Shown here: piece after piece, positions 17,615 to 27,659 of the stretch
Layout of the letters: the number at the start of each line of letters is the position of its first letter
Position numbering within the stretch: position 1 is the stretch's first letter
Assembly (NCBI GenBank): GCA_964538855.1
Contig: CAZIEY010000002.1
Location: 1,709-65,708 of the forward strand
Source of the DNA: an uncultured Candidatus Saccharibacteria bacterium
Lineage (GTDB): Bacteria; Patescibacteriota; Minisyncoccia; Phycocordibacterales; JAACPR01
Length of the DNA stretch: 64,000 nucleotides
Direction: 5' to 3'
Position numbers and translations under genes: made by a program
Notes under the pieces: model-generated
Database searches by the model: none
What the model was told of the DNA's origin: nothing
What the model saw: the letters and a program-made list of their open reading frames with translations, nothing else

Positions 17615-18262
17615 TTGTTTATGAACATCACAAAACTAGGTCATTGCTGTCTTCTTATCGAAATCGCTGGTAAACGTGTGCTCACCGATCCGGGCGCATG
17701 GAGTACTTTGCAAAATGATGTGCGCGATATTGATCTCATTCTCATTACGCATGAACACGCGGACCATCTGCATATTGAATCGCTTGAACAAGTTCTCAAA
17801 AATAGTCCGCAGGCAAAAATCGTAACGAATTCGTCGGTAGGGAAATTGCTCGCGGCGAAATCGATTCCATTTCAAGTGCTCGAAGATGGTGGGCAGGCGA
17901 TGGTGTGCGATATCGCGCTCGAAGCGTTCGGCACTGCGCACGCTGAAATTTTTGCGGAACTTGGTCAGGTGCAAAACATCGGGTTTTTCATCAATGAAAA
18001 ATTATTTTATCCAGGTGATGCATTTACGTCGCCGGGCAAACCTGTGGATGTTCTCGCGCTCCCGATTGCGGGACCTTGGACAAGCTTTAAACAAGCGATG
18101 AATTACGCGATCGAACTACATCCTCGTGTCTGTTTTCCTGTGCACGACGGCATGCTAATTTCGGATCGCCCTGGCCCAACCTATCGATTGCCTCCGCAAA
18201 TTCTCGCGGCTCATGGAATTGAATTTGTGGTGATTGGGGTGGGGGAAACTAAAAATCTATAA
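17615..18262 (+). CDS. MBL-fold metallo-hydrolase
   Basis: LILITHEHADHL (HxHxDH motif). Confidence 0.7.
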   Translation: MFMNITKLGHCCLLIEIAGKRVLTDPGAWSTLQNDVRDIDLILITHEHADHLHIESLEQVLKNSPQAKIVTNSSVGKLLAAKSIPFQVLEDGGQAMVCDIALEAFGTAHAEIFAELGQVQNIGFFINEKLFYPGDAFTSPGKPVDVLALPIAGPWTSFKQAMNYAIELHPRVCFPVHDGMLISDRPGPTYRLPPQILAAHGIEFVVIGVGETKNL

Positions 18263-18307
18263 TAGTTGGCGAACCTTCAATTTTTTGCTACATTTTTCGC
18301 ATCGTAG

Positions 18308-18394
18308 GGAGAGATGGCTGAGTGGTTGAAGGCACTCGATTCGAAATCGAGCATGGGGGAAACTCCATCGAGGGTTCAAATCCCTCTCTCTCCG
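18308..18394 (+). tRNA. tRNA-Ser (anticodon CGA), long variable arm, no encoded CCA
   Basis: Acceptor GGAGAGA/TCTCTCC, anticodon stem CTCGA/TCGAG with loop TTCGAAA, T-loop TTCAAAT. Confidence 0.85.
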
Positions 18395-18492
18395 CACAAC
18401 AACGAGCGAGCATAGCGAGCGACTATGTTTGTGCGAGAAGTGCAGCTAATAGTGGAGCGTGCTGCCTCCGCAAAAAATGATATAGTAGTTTC

Positions 18493-19338
18493 GTGAAAAA
18501 AATCTCTCCCATCGTTATTCGAAATTTCAATCGCACACTCCGCGCGTTTTATAAAAAGAACCGGCGCGATTTACCGTGGCGACGCACCACCGATCCGTAC
18601 AAAATTTTGGTCTCGGAAATTATGTTGCAACAGACCCAAGTGTCGCGTGTTATTCCAAAATATGATGCGTGGCTTGCTCGATTTCCGAATTTCAAAAAGC
18701 TCGCTGCCGCGTCATTGTCGGATGTGCTTTTGATGTGGAAAGGTTTGGGTTACAATCGCCGCGGCTTGGCACTGCATAAAATCGCGCAAATTTTAATCGC
18801 GGAAAAACGTTCGCTCCCACGCACTACAGATGAATTGGTTGCGTTGCCCGCCATCGGTCCGAACACCGCCGGATCAATTATGGCTTTTGCGTATAATGAG
18901 CCGACTATTTTTATAGAAACAAATGTACGCACGGTTTTCATTCATCATTTTTGGAAAGCCGCTTCGCGCCGCAAACCAACCGACAAAGAAATTTTGAAAC
19001 TGGTCGCTCAAACTATCGATAGAAAAAATCCTCGCGAATGGTATTACGCGTTGATGGATTATGGTACTCACTTAAAAAAGACAGTGGGCAATAAAAGCCG
19101 CGAAAGTGCCACATATCGAACTCAGTCTCGTTTCAAGGGCTCGAATCGGGAATTGCGCGCTGCGATTTTATTTGCACTGCACGAGAAACCTCGTAGCGAA
19201 AAATGGCTCGTGAAAAAAGTTGCATCGAAACTCGATCACTCGGCAGAAGTCGCCGCAGTTAAAGTTTTTGAAAATCTCACCGCACTCTCGCGAGAAGGTT
19301 TTATTGAAAAGGTGAGGAAGAATTGGAGGGTGAAATAA
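18493..19338 (+). CDS. HhH-GPD family DNA glycosylase (MutY/EndoIII-like)
   Basis: LPWRRTTDPYKILVSEIMLQQTQV and the HhH LPAIGPNTAGSIMAFAY. Confidence 0.65.
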   Translation: MKKISPIVIRNFNRTLRAFYKKNRRDLPWRRTTDPYKILVSEIMLQQTQVSRVIPKYDAWLARFPNFKKLAAASLSDVLLMWKGLGYNRRGLALHKIAQILIAEKRSLPRTTDELVALPAIGPNTAGSIMAFAYNEPTIFIETNVRTVFIHHFWKAASRRKPTDKEILKLVAQTIDRKNPREWYYALMDYGTHLKKTVGNKSRESATYRTQSRFKGSNRELRAAILFALHEKPRSEKWLVKKVASKLDHSAEVAAVKVFENLTALSREGFIEKVRKNWRVK

Positions 19339-19339
19339 A

Positions 19340-19392
19340 AACCACCGCACGCAGCCCGGGTTGAGCTGTGTGCGGTGTTGTAGGCAAGCCCA
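19340..19392. terminator. Bidirectional terminator hairpin between convergent genes
   Basis: CACCGCACGCAG-N-CTGTGTGCGGTG stem flanked by A-run and T-run. Confidence 0.45.
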
Positions 19393-19395
19393 TTT

Positions 19396-20274
19396 TCAGG
19401 CGGGCGTTGTCGCGACCTCCTGGAAACGGTTGATGATCGAAACCTCGGAGTTTCCATTCCTGGTGTTGATGAATTTCACCGCCAAAGAAACTCGATTGTC
19501 CGGGTTCAGCAATTCCCAAAACATTCGCGCCACCTGGTCGGGGTTTTCCCCAACGATCGGTACCAGGTAAGGTTCCCCTTGAAACGACGGAAGAGGGTTT
19601 CCGTCCCTCAAATAGGTAGTGATGCAAACACCTTCTCCACCTGCAATAGGGGGATAGCTGTACTCAATTTTGGTGCAGTAGTTGTCTTCTCCGAGCGGGT
19701 TCGTCTTACGCAAGATTGCAATTCTTGCGCAGTGATTTCCTTTGTAGTCGAAGGAAGTGACCCCTGTGATGCGAGGTGTGTAGTTCGGCTTGTCAGGCTC
19801 GTACGTCCAGTCCCTCAATGCTTCCAGGAGCGAGATCTGGGTATTGGCTGCAAGTGCGCTAACCACCGGGTTTGTTTGATGTCCATTGCTGACCACACAA
19901 TGTCCATGGGCGTAGCCCATGGCATCGTAGATGATTAAACTCGGATCCTTTACTTTACTCGGATCCGCAGCTTTCGTCGATAGACCGTGTCCGTTGGATA
20001 CGAACACCCGGTTTCGGCTGTCGCTGCTTCGTCCCATGATCCAATAGATCTGAATGGCGATTCCTAGATCACTCGCGCTCGTCCCCAAAACCATTCCTCG
20101 TCCGGGGTAGGAGTTCTGTCTCAGTGCTTCGAGATTTTCTGCTGGTGTACCCATAATGATGAACTGTCCTTTCGTCAAACATCGCAGAAAATCTGCGATT
20201 TGCTTTTTTAGCGGGGGAGCTTCCCGTCTGAAATCAAGATTACAATATTGCGAACTTTTGTAAAGACGTCGCAT
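19396..20274 (-). CDS. IMP cyclohydrolase PurO-like protein, GC-rich
   Basis: GRGMVLG...IMGRSSDSRNRVF...SNGHQT...NYTPRITGV parallels archaeal PurO (GRFLVVG...SSRSFPNRV...TNGSHT...YNTPRIAGI). GC is visibly above the surrounding genes. Confidence 0.5.
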   Translation of the reverse strand: MRRLYKSSQYCNLDFRREAPPLKKQIADFLRCLTKGQFIIMGTPAENLEALRQNSYPGRGMVLGTSASDLGIAIQIYWIMGRSSDSRNRVFVSNGHGLSTKAADPSKVKDPSLIIYDAMGYAHGHCVVSNGHQTNPVVSALAANTQISLLEALRDWTYEPDKPNYTPRITGVTSFDYKGNHCARIAILRKTNPLGEDNYCTKIEYSYPPIAGGEGVCITTYLRDGNPLPSFQGEPYLVPIVGENPDQVARMFWELLNPDNRVSLAVKFINTRNGNSEVSIINRFQEVATTPA

Positions 20275-20297
20275 TTTTCTGCTACTATATATTACAT

Positions 20298-20537
20298 ATG
20301 AAAAACATAATCACAGAAATTCTCGGTTGGTATGGGGTTATCGCAATTGTCGGCGCTTATATGTTGCTAAGTTTCGATTTCGTCGGCAGCAATTCAGTAG
20401 TTTTCCAAGTTTTGAATTTGACTGGTGCGATCGGAATTGTTGTTGATGCGATTGAAGACAGGAATATACAGCCCGCAGTTCTTAATATTATTTGGGCACT
20501 TGTCGCTCTTATCGCACTTGTTAAAATCCTTCTGTAA
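20298..20537 (+). CDS. Small membrane protein (2 TM)
   Basis: Hydrophobic 79 aa ORF. Confidence 0.35.
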   Translation: MKNIITEILGWYGVIAIVGAYMLLSFDFVGSNSVVFQVLNLTGAIGIVVDAIEDRNIQPAVLNIIWALVALIALVKILL

Positions 20538-20640
20538 GCCGTATTTTGCGGGTATGCATCGGGCAATTTTTAAAGCTTGATTTTATTTTGCCGCGTGTGT
20601 AGTATTTATTTTTGGTCGTACTTTGGAGGAGGTGTCATCA

Positions 20641-20921
20641 TGGTAGTACCCTTGAAGGGTTTGACTCGTCGTGGACGACTAGCCAAGCCCATCCACATCT
20701 TTCCCGGAGATCAAGTCGTCTTTGCGCAATCTGCTTTTGACCGTCGGATTGTGCAGGGTGATGATCTCGTTTACACCGTCGATCGTGTGGAGGAGATTCC
20801 GCCCGAACAAAGAAACGGGGCGGGACACATGTACTGGGTGTATCTCCGCGGGATGGGGTGCAAGGTATCCGGCGGGTTCCTGCGCAAACCACGCACACCC
20901 GTCGAGATCAAAAAAAGATAG
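20641..20921 (+). CDS. Hypothetical small protein, GC-rich, with a strong RBS
   Basis: ggaggagg 6 nt upstream of the ATG at 20641. A terminator hairpin AGGGAGG-N-CTCCCT plus T-run follows at 20913-20950. Confidence 0.4.
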
Positions 20922-20986
20922 GGAGGACTACCACTCCCTGCTTTTTTATTTTAGGAAACATTTTTTGGTATACTACTTTGTAATCC

Positions 20987-22120
20987 ATGCTCGAAAAACT
21001 TCGCTCCTCACCATATCTCAAGATTCTTCTTTTCTTCGTATCATTCGTATGGTTCTTGAGATTTTCAGGAACAGCGTTGCCTGTGTACTTTATAAAAAGC
21101 GGACTCACATTTCCACAGATTTCATTTGGTATTACACTTTCGATTGTGGGACAGTTGTTCGGTGTAGTGTTGCTCGCTCGTCTCAAGATAATAAATCGCC
21201 ATGCGTGGTATGTCGCGCTTTGTTTATATATCGTCACCTTCTGTCTCTACGTCGTCGCACCGTTCTCTGGATTTTATTTCACCGCGGCATTTTTATCTGG
21301 AATTGGATCCATCTTTTTCTACGGCCCGTACGGTTTATCGATGTTTTCCATTTTACCTCGCGATAAAACTGGATCGGGAAGCGCAATGTTTTTTAATTTG
21401 CTTGTGCTCGTCGGAATTATCGCTCCAATCTTTTCTGCGATCGTTGCTGGCTGGTCAATGTACACACTTCTCGGTCTCTCGATATGTTTCGCAGTGCTCG
21501 CAGGATTCTTTACTCGTTTACCGGCACCTGTTCGTGTAGATTTTTCTTTGCGTGAATCTCTTGTTGAAGTTCGTAATTTACGATTACCGATTTTTCTGCA
21601 TGGCATACATGAATCAATGAGCTATATCATTCCACTTTTCACCCTCACACTTTTGCCAGAGTTTTTAGAATTTGGAAGTTTCGGTACGGCTATGGCACTT
21701 GTCGGTGTGGTTGCCAGTCATGTCGTTGGGAATTTTTCAGATAGGCTCAAAACAAAGAAGAGACTCGTTTCACTTTGTGCGTTTGCACTCGCCGGAGTCT
21801 CTGTGCTCTATGCGTTTCCAATCTTCAAAACTGGAATCGTGCTGTGGGCTGCACTTAATATTGTGAATAATATTGTCGATCAAATTTACGATCAAACTTC
21901 GGTTGCATTTATTTTGGATCAAGCCTCGTCACTTGTGAAATCTATTTTTGGAAGGGAATTATATATGAATGTAGGTCGGCTCGTAGGGATGTGTATTGCA
22001 TTTCTCGGCTTCCTTTTTCCGCCGTTTCTACCGTACGCAATTATTATTTTTGCACTCGCCATGTGTGGATTTGGTGTTATTGTGATGAAGATGAAACAGA
22101 CTGAGAAAACTCTGGTATAA
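20987..22120 (+). CDS. MFS-like transporter (about 12 TM)
   Basis: Repeating TM helices, 377 aa. Confidence 0.5.
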   Translation: MLEKLRSSPYLKILLFFVSFVWFLRFSGTALPVYFIKSGLTFPQISFGITLSIVGQLFGVVLLARLKIINRHAWYVALCLYIVTFCLYVVAPFSGFYFTAAFLSGIGSIFFYGPYGLSMFSILPRDKTGSGSAMFFNLLVLVGIIAPIFSAIVAGWSMYTLLGLSICFAVLAGFFTRLPAPVRVDFSLRESLVEVRNLRLPIFLHGIHESMSYIIPLFTLTLLPEFLEFGSFGTAMALVGVVASHVVGNFSDRLKTKKRLVSLCAFALAGVSVLYAFPIFKTGIVLWAALNIVNNIVDQIYDQTSVAFILDQASSLVKSIFGRELYMNVGRLVGMCIAFLGFLFPPFLPYAIIIFALAMCGFGVIVMKMKQTEKTLV

Positions 22121-22127
22121 TTTACGC

Positions 22128-22652
22128 ATGGATCGCTTCTTTGTATCAATTATTACTATCGGAATTGTTTTCGGTGCCCTTGTTTTTCTTTTTGGAATAC
22201 GAGCCACCGAAAATATCGACGCGTCTTTTTCAGCAAGGTTCGAATATAGCCCAGAATATTTGTTTGATTTTATTAGCGATGTTTCAAAATATCCGGATCG
22301 CAAAAAGGACATAGAGAGTCTTGAAGTACTTAAACGTCAAGGTCAAAAAATCGTCGCGTGGCGCGAAAATTATAAAAATGGTACATGGCTAGAATACGAT
22401 TTAGTTCGAGAAACCTACCCAAAAATATTTGAGATTGAATTGGTAAATAGTTCCAATGATCATACCGCGTTGATTACATATTCACTCGGTGAGACCGACG
22501 GATTCACAGAAATCGTTTTGACTGAAAAAGGGAAAATCGAAAACACCTTTAGGCGGGGATTGCGTTCGCTTTCCGGCGATGATTCATTTCTTGAATCACA
22601 AATCAAATGGCTTCGCGTCGCAATTCAAACCGAACAAATTAATCGACCATGA
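22128..22652 (+). CDS. Hypothetical protein with an N-terminal TM anchor
   Basis: ORF overlaps the next gene by 4 nt. Confidence 0.4.
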   Translation: MDRFFVSIITIGIVFGALVFLFGIRATENIDASFSARFEYSPEYLFDFISDVSKYPDRKKDIESLEVLKRQGQKIVAWRENYKNGTWLEYDLVRETYPKIFEIELVNSSNDHTALITYSLGETDGFTEIVLTEKGKIENTFRRGLRSLSGDDSFLESQIKWLRVAIQTEQINRP

Positions 22653-23149
22653 CCCGCATTTCTTTTGACAGACTCATAGAGCTCGCATTTGATACCGCAC
22701 TCGCATATTTTGTTTTTTTCTTTTCTCTCGCTTCGGTTCCGTATGCACAGGCTTTGTGGGAACAAACCGCTCAGATTGGAAAAGCTTTCGATGTAAAAAA
22801 TTATGTAGTTATTGCTGAAGCCAGAGTGCAGGTTGAAGTTGTCGACTCTGATACAAAGCGCGAAAAAGGTCTTTCTGGCAGAACTTCTCTAAAACCTGGT
22901 ACTGGAATGTTATTTGTATTCGACGAGTCTGCGAAACACAGTATTTGGATGAAGGACATGCTTTTTCCAATCGATATAATTTGGATCGCTGACAATATGC
23001 AAGTTATCCATTTGGAAGAAAATATTTCTCCAGATACTTTCCCATTAGTTTTCGAACCTAGTCGTCCAGCTTTGTACATTCTAGAAGTTCCCGCAGGATT
23101 TGTTTCTGAAGAAGGAATCAAAAACGGGGATTTGCTCACGGTGTTTTAA
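22649..23149 (+). CDS. DUF192 (COG1430) domain protein
   Basis: GLSGRTSLKPGTGMLFVF...IWMKDMLFPIDIIWI matches the DUF192 pattern. Confidence 0.6.
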   Translation: MTRISFDRLIELAFDTALAYFVFFFSLASVPYAQALWEQTAQIGKAFDVKNYVVIAEARVQVEVVDSDTKREKGLSGRTSLKPGTGMLFVFDESAKHSIWMKDMLFPIDIIWIADNMQVIHLEENISPDTFPLVFEPSRPALYILEVPAGFVSEEGIKNGDLLTVF

Positions 23150-23163
23150 TGTGATATAATATT

Positions 23164-23518
23164 TATGTGTATTGAGCAACCGCTCTTTCAGGACATCGCA
23201 AGATTAAATGAAAGGGAGGAAAGTCCGAACACATGCGTGAATTGTGCTTCGGCACAATTCACGCAGGACGGTAGTGGGTAACACCCACCCGCAGCAATGC
23301 GCGAGGTGCGAGCAGTGACGCCGGGCTCGAAAGAAAACGGCATCCATGACGCAAGTCACGGATGAATCTGCGTGGTAACACGTGGGGTGAAACGGCAAAA
23401 TCCTTACTTATGTGCAAGGCCGAGCTGCACTTGATGCAGAGCGCCGCAAGAACCGGTTGGTAACAGCCGGTCCAGACAGATGGTTGCCTAAACAGAATTC
23501 GGCTTATAGATACACAAC
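23164..23518 (+). ncRNA. rnpB: RNase P RNA (bacterial type)
   Basis: GGAGGAAAGTCCG (P4 5' strand), GGGGTGAAACGG (P10-12 region) and ACAGAATTCGGCTTAT (P4 3' strand). The P1 helix is TGTGTAT...ATACACA. GC-rich relative to the flanks. Confidence 0.75.
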
Positions 23519-23612
23519 ATGAAAAGCGTTCCGCACAAACGGGGCGTTTTTCTTTTATGCCCATCCCGTGTGCGTATGTGCTTTCATCGTGCGATAAATC
23601 GGGCTATAATAA

Positions 23613-25958
23613 ATGGGTATGGAACACAACACAAGCAATTGGGGCGCGCGTTTTTTCGCGTCACTACCAGTATATATTATTATAATAATGACTTTTTTAT
23701 TACCAATCATCTTCCTTCCAACAAAGGTTGTTGATGTCCTCACTGTAAAAGCCGGACTTGTGCTGATTGCAACTTGTCTCGCTCTGTTTATTTGGGCTAT
23801 CAGTCGTCTAAAGGGTGATATTGCTCAGGCTCCTTTTAATTTAATGACCTTATCGCTTGTACTTATTCCTATTACTTATGTCGTTTCCGCATTTTTCTCC
23901 TCGAGTCGTCAGGTGTCTTTCCTAGGGCGTGATTTTGGTTTTGATGGTGCGCTTGTACTCGCGGTGTTATTTGTGCTCACTATTTTTGTATCGTTGATGT
24001 GTAAGGATAAAAAGATCGCGAGTAAAGTTACGGCTGCAGTCTGGATTTCCGTTTTCATTACTATTGTATTTCATTTGTTGCACATAATCTTTGCAGAGTC
24101 GTTTCCTGCGCTTGGATTTTTCTCTGAAGCATCCTCTAATACTATTGGTCGATGGTATGATTTGGGTTTAATTGCAGGAGTCGGTGCTGTAGTCTCTCTC
24201 GCTACGCTTGAACTATTCAATTTTATCAAACCAGTTCGCGTGGTATTGTACGCGCTACTCGCAGTTAATGTAGTGATGATGGCAGTGGTAAATTTTCCTT
24301 TGCTCTGGATTATTGTCGGTATCGTCTCTCTCATTTTCTTCGTGTACTTTCTTTCGGTCTCAAAAGCGCAAGTTTCAACTGCCCCACGAGAAATTCCTGT
24401 CGCGTCACTCGTTACTTTCATTATTTCCGCTGTATTCATTTTTGGGGGGACACAGATTGATAACTATCTTTCCAAATTTCTCCAGATCTCGTATCTAGAA
24501 GCGCGACCTTCTTTCTCTGCCAACTTTGACTTGATCAAAGGGGAACTTAAGGAAAATCCTATTGTAGGGTCAGGACCAGCTATGTTTGATGTTGCGTGGG
24601 TTACTCACAAGCCAATGGATTTTAATCTTACCGAATTTTGGAATGTGGATTTCCGATATGGTTACGGACTCATCCCAACGTTTGTAGTCGCAGGTGGAAT
24701 CTTGGGGGTTCTCGCGTGGCTATTTTTCTTCGCGATATATCTATATTACGGAGCAAAATCTCTGTTCAAACCAATCGCAGATCAGGTGTCTCGTTATGTT
24801 CTCGTGTCTTCATTTTTGACCTCCTTCTTCTTGTGGGTTGTTTCATTTTTCTATGTCCCAAGTTTTGTGATCGTAACCCTTACTCTTATTTTTACCGGAA
24901 TTTTCATCGGTTCATTATATCGAGAGGGTATTATTAATGTGAAAACATACAATACTAATATGAATCCTCGAACGGGATTTGTGTATGTATTTCTTTTGGT
25001 GGTAGTGATGCTTGTATCACTTGCCGGTTTGTGGCACTTCACTACGCGAATTATTGCGAGCATACACTATCAAAAGGCTATTTCTTCGGTCGATATTGAA
25101 AGTGCTCAGACACACATAATTCGAGCGGTGCAATTATATCCAATTGATACATATCTAAAGACGTTGTCTGAAATCGGTACGATTCGACTTCGTGAAGTTG
25201 TTCAAAATACAAATAAATTACCAGAAGCCGATCAGATGGTCGTATTCCGAAATACGCTCGGTTCGACAGTACAAGCGATTCAAGCAGCGATTGATTTTTC
25301 TCCGAAAAATTACACGAATCATGTTCGACTCGGAGAAGTTTTTGAAAGCCTTATTCCGCTTAATGTGGCAGACGTCTATGCTGCGGCAAAGGATTCTTAT
25401 AACAAGGCTCGCGAGTTGAATACAAAGAGTCCTGCGATTGTGCTTGCGCTTGCACGACTAGAAGTTGCGAATAAAGATAATAAAGTCGCACGTGAATTGA
25501 TTGCTGAGGCTCTTAAATTAAAAGGGAATTATACTGACGCGATTTTCCTTCTTTCTCAAATTGATGTGAGCGAAGGTAATATTAAACAGGCAATTATCAA
25601 TGTTGAACAAGCTACAATTGTTCGACCAAACGATCCGCTCGTATTCTTCCAGCTTGGATTGCTCAGATACCAAAATAATGATTTTGTCGGTGCATCTTCA
25701 GCATTTAAAAATGCAGTTATGCTTAATGACGAATATGATAACGCGAGATATTTCTACGGGCTCGCACTCGATCGATCAAAGCAAAAGCCTGAGGCAATCG
25801 CTCAGTTCGAAATTTTGAGCAAGAAATATCCTAATAATGAACAAATCAAATTTATTCTGAAAAATCTTAACGGAGGATTTTCTGCTCTCTATGGTTCAGC
25901 GGATCCAAACGTAACAAATCCAGAGGATGGAGAGGAACTGCCAATTGACGAAGAATAA
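23613..25958 (+). CDS. Polytopic membrane protein (Wzy/O-antigen-ligase-like) with C-terminal TPR repeats
   Basis: More than 10 TM helices followed by TPR-like repeats (AxxxYxxAxxLNP-like) in the last 250 aa. Confidence 0.45.
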   Translation: MGMEHNTSNWGARFFASLPVYIIIIMTFLLPIIFLPTKVVDVLTVKAGLVLIATCLALFIWAISRLKGDIAQAPFNLMTLSLVLIPITYVVSAFFSSSRQVSFLGRDFGFDGALVLAVLFVLTIFVSLMCKDKKIASKVTAAVWISVFITIVFHLLHIIFAESFPALGFFSEASSNTIGRWYDLGLIAGVGAVVSLATLELFNFIKPVRVVLYALLAVNVVMMAVVNFPLLWIIVGIVSLIFFVYFLSVSKAQVSTAPREIPVASLVTFIISAVFIFGGTQIDNYLSKFLQISYLEARPSFSANFDLIKGELKENPIVGSGPAMFDVAWVTHKPMDFNLTEFWNVDFRYGYGLIPTFVVAGGILGVLAWLFFFAIYLYYGAKSLFKPIADQVSRYVLVSSFLTSFFLWVVSFFYVPSFVIVTLTLIFTGIFIGSLYREGIINVKTYNTNMNPRTGFVYVFLLVVVMLVSLAGLWHFTTRIIASIHYQKAISSVDIESAQTHIIRAVQLYPIDTYLKTLSEIGTIRLREVVQNTNKLPEADQMVVFRNTLGSTVQAIQAAIDFSPKNYTNHVRLGEVFESLIPLNVADVYAAAKDSYNKARELNTKSPAIVLALARLEVANKDNKVARELIAEALKLKGNYTDAIFLLSQIDVSEGNIKQAIINVEQATIVRPNDPLVFFQLGLLRYQNNDFVGASSAFKNAVMLNDEYDNARYFYGLALDRSKQKPEAIAQFEILSKKYPNNEQIKFILKNLNGGFSALYGSADPNVTNPEDGEELPIDEE

Positions 25959-25961
25959 TTT

Positions 25962-27638
25962 ATGGTTCAGCGATTTATTGGTTTAATTACACGCGAAATA
26001 AGTGGTCTCCATGAGGCCGCTTATTTGCTTGCAATATTCGCTTTTTCGTCACAATTTTTAGGGCTCATCCGTGACCGTATTTTGGCAGGAAGATTCGGAA
26101 CTTCTGAAATTTTGGATGTATATTACGCGTCATTCAGAATTCCTGATCTAATATTTGTGGTTGTTTCGGCGCTCGTTTCCGCGTCAGTGCTCGTTCCGAT
26201 TTTTTCGAGTAATCTTGAACATCGTGATGTTCTCAAGCGATACATCGACAGTCTCTTTAGTATTTTTGCCGCATTCATTTCGCTTATCATTATTATCTCA
26301 ATAATCTTCACACCGTTTTTGTTAAAGTTTGTCGCACCTGGTTTGATGCAAAGTTCTCTGTTGCCAGAATTAATTCTGTATACTCGAATTTTGCTTCTCT
26401 CTCCACTTTTACTCGGAGCCTCGCAGTTGTTTGGTGGTATTGTGCAGTCTTATAAAAAGTTTGTTTTGTATGCCATTAGCCCGATTTTGTATAACGCTGG
26501 CATTATCGTCGGTGTCATATTTTTCTATCCGATTTTTGGGACTATCGGATTGATTTTTGGTGTCTGTCTCGGCCTGGTGTTTCATTTATGTATTCAATTG
26601 CCGACAGTGGCGCAATTTGGGTTGCTTCCACGTTTTAATTTTCGTCCAGACATGGCGATTGTTAAAAAAGTTTTTCTGCTCTCGCTTCCGCGAACCATCA
26701 CGCTGGCTTCATCACAAATCACGTTGATTGTGTTACTCGCGCTTGCTTCAAAAATTTCTCAGGGTTCAATTACTATTTTTAATTTCGCTTACAATTTACA
26801 GTCGGTGCCACTTGCAGTGATTGGGGTGAGTTATTCTCTCGCAGCTTTTCCAACACTTTCCAAATTATTTAGTGAAGGGAATCTCGAAAAGTTTATTGCA
26901 CAACTCGTTAACTCAGCACGTCATATTATTTTCTGGTCGTTGCCAGTGATTGCGCTTTTCATTGTTTTGCGTGCCCAAATTGTTCGAACCGTTCTTGGCG
27001 CGGGCGAATTTAATTGGAGCGATACTCGTTTAACTGCAGCAGCTCTCACATTGTTCATTATATCCGTTCTTGCACAGAGCCTTATTTTGCTTTTTGTACG
27101 AGGATATTATTCAGCGGGACAGACTCGCAAACCACTCGTTATAAATATCTTTTCTTCAATTTGTACTATAGTGATCGCGTATTGGTTAATTGATGTATAT
27201 CGCGCACATGGTTCAATGCAATTCTTTTTCGAAAGGGTACTACGTGTAGAAGGCGGTCTCGATACAACCATTTTGATGTTACCACTCGCATTTTCAATCG
27301 GAACTATGTTGAACGTTATTTTGTTGTGGATTTCCTTCGAAGCAAATTTCTCTGGTTTTTCCAAAAATCTTGCTCGGCCTTTTTTCCAAAGTTTGTTTGC
27401 ATCCCTCGGTACAGGATTTGTTGCATACTTTTTTCTTCAAATTTTTGATGATATTTTTAATCTCGAGACATTATTCGGTGTGTTTGCCCAAGGGCTTTTC
27501 GCAGGACTTCTTGGAATTGCAGCCGGAATAAGTATTCTGATGCTTTTTAACAACCGCGAATTCAAGGAGGTTACGGTAGCGATGCATCACAAGATTTGGA
27601 AGACACCAGTCGTGGCCGCTGGACAAGAAGAGCTTTAA
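25962..27638 (+). CDS. murJ: Lipid II flippase MurJ
   Basis: N-terminal ISGLHEAAYLLAIFAFSSQFLGLIRDRILAGRFGTSEILDVYYASFRIPDLIF is typical MurJ/MviN. 14 TM. Confidence 0.8.
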   Translation: MVQRFIGLITREISGLHEAAYLLAIFAFSSQFLGLIRDRILAGRFGTSEILDVYYASFRIPDLIFVVVSALVSASVLVPIFSSNLEHRDVLKRYIDSLFSIFAAFISLIIIISIIFTPFLLKFVAPGLMQSSLLPELILYTRILLLSPLLLGASQLFGGIVQSYKKFVLYAISPILYNAGIIVGVIFFYPIFGTIGLIFGVCLGLVFHLCIQLPTVAQFGLLPRFNFRPDMAIVKKVFLLSLPRTITLASSQITLIVLLALASKISQGSITIFNFAYNLQSVPLAVIGVSYSLAAFPTLSKLFSEGNLEKFIAQLVNSARHIIFWSLPVIALFIVLRAQIVRTVLGAGEFNWSDTRLTAAALTLFIISVLAQSLILLFVRGYYSAGQTRKPLVINIFSSICTIVIAYWLIDVYRAHGSMQFFFERVLRVEGGLDTTILMLPLAFSIGTMLNVILLWISFEANFSGFSKNLARPFFQSLFASLGTGFVAYFFLQIFDDIFNLETLFGVFAQGLFAGLLGIAAGISILMLFNNREFKEVTVAMHHKIWKTPVVAAGQEEL

Positions 27639-27659
27639 TTTATAGGATTCCTTGTACAC

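Noticed and set aside
20722-21366. 214-aa plus-strand ORF
   Set aside because: It overlaps both the 20641-20921 ORF and the MFS-like gene in other frames. The latter has coherent TM periodicity.
23204-23564. Two minus-strand ORFs (64 and 101 aa) over 23204-23564
   Set aside because: They lie antisense within the RNase P RNA gene. The GC-rich structured RNA creates open frames by chance.
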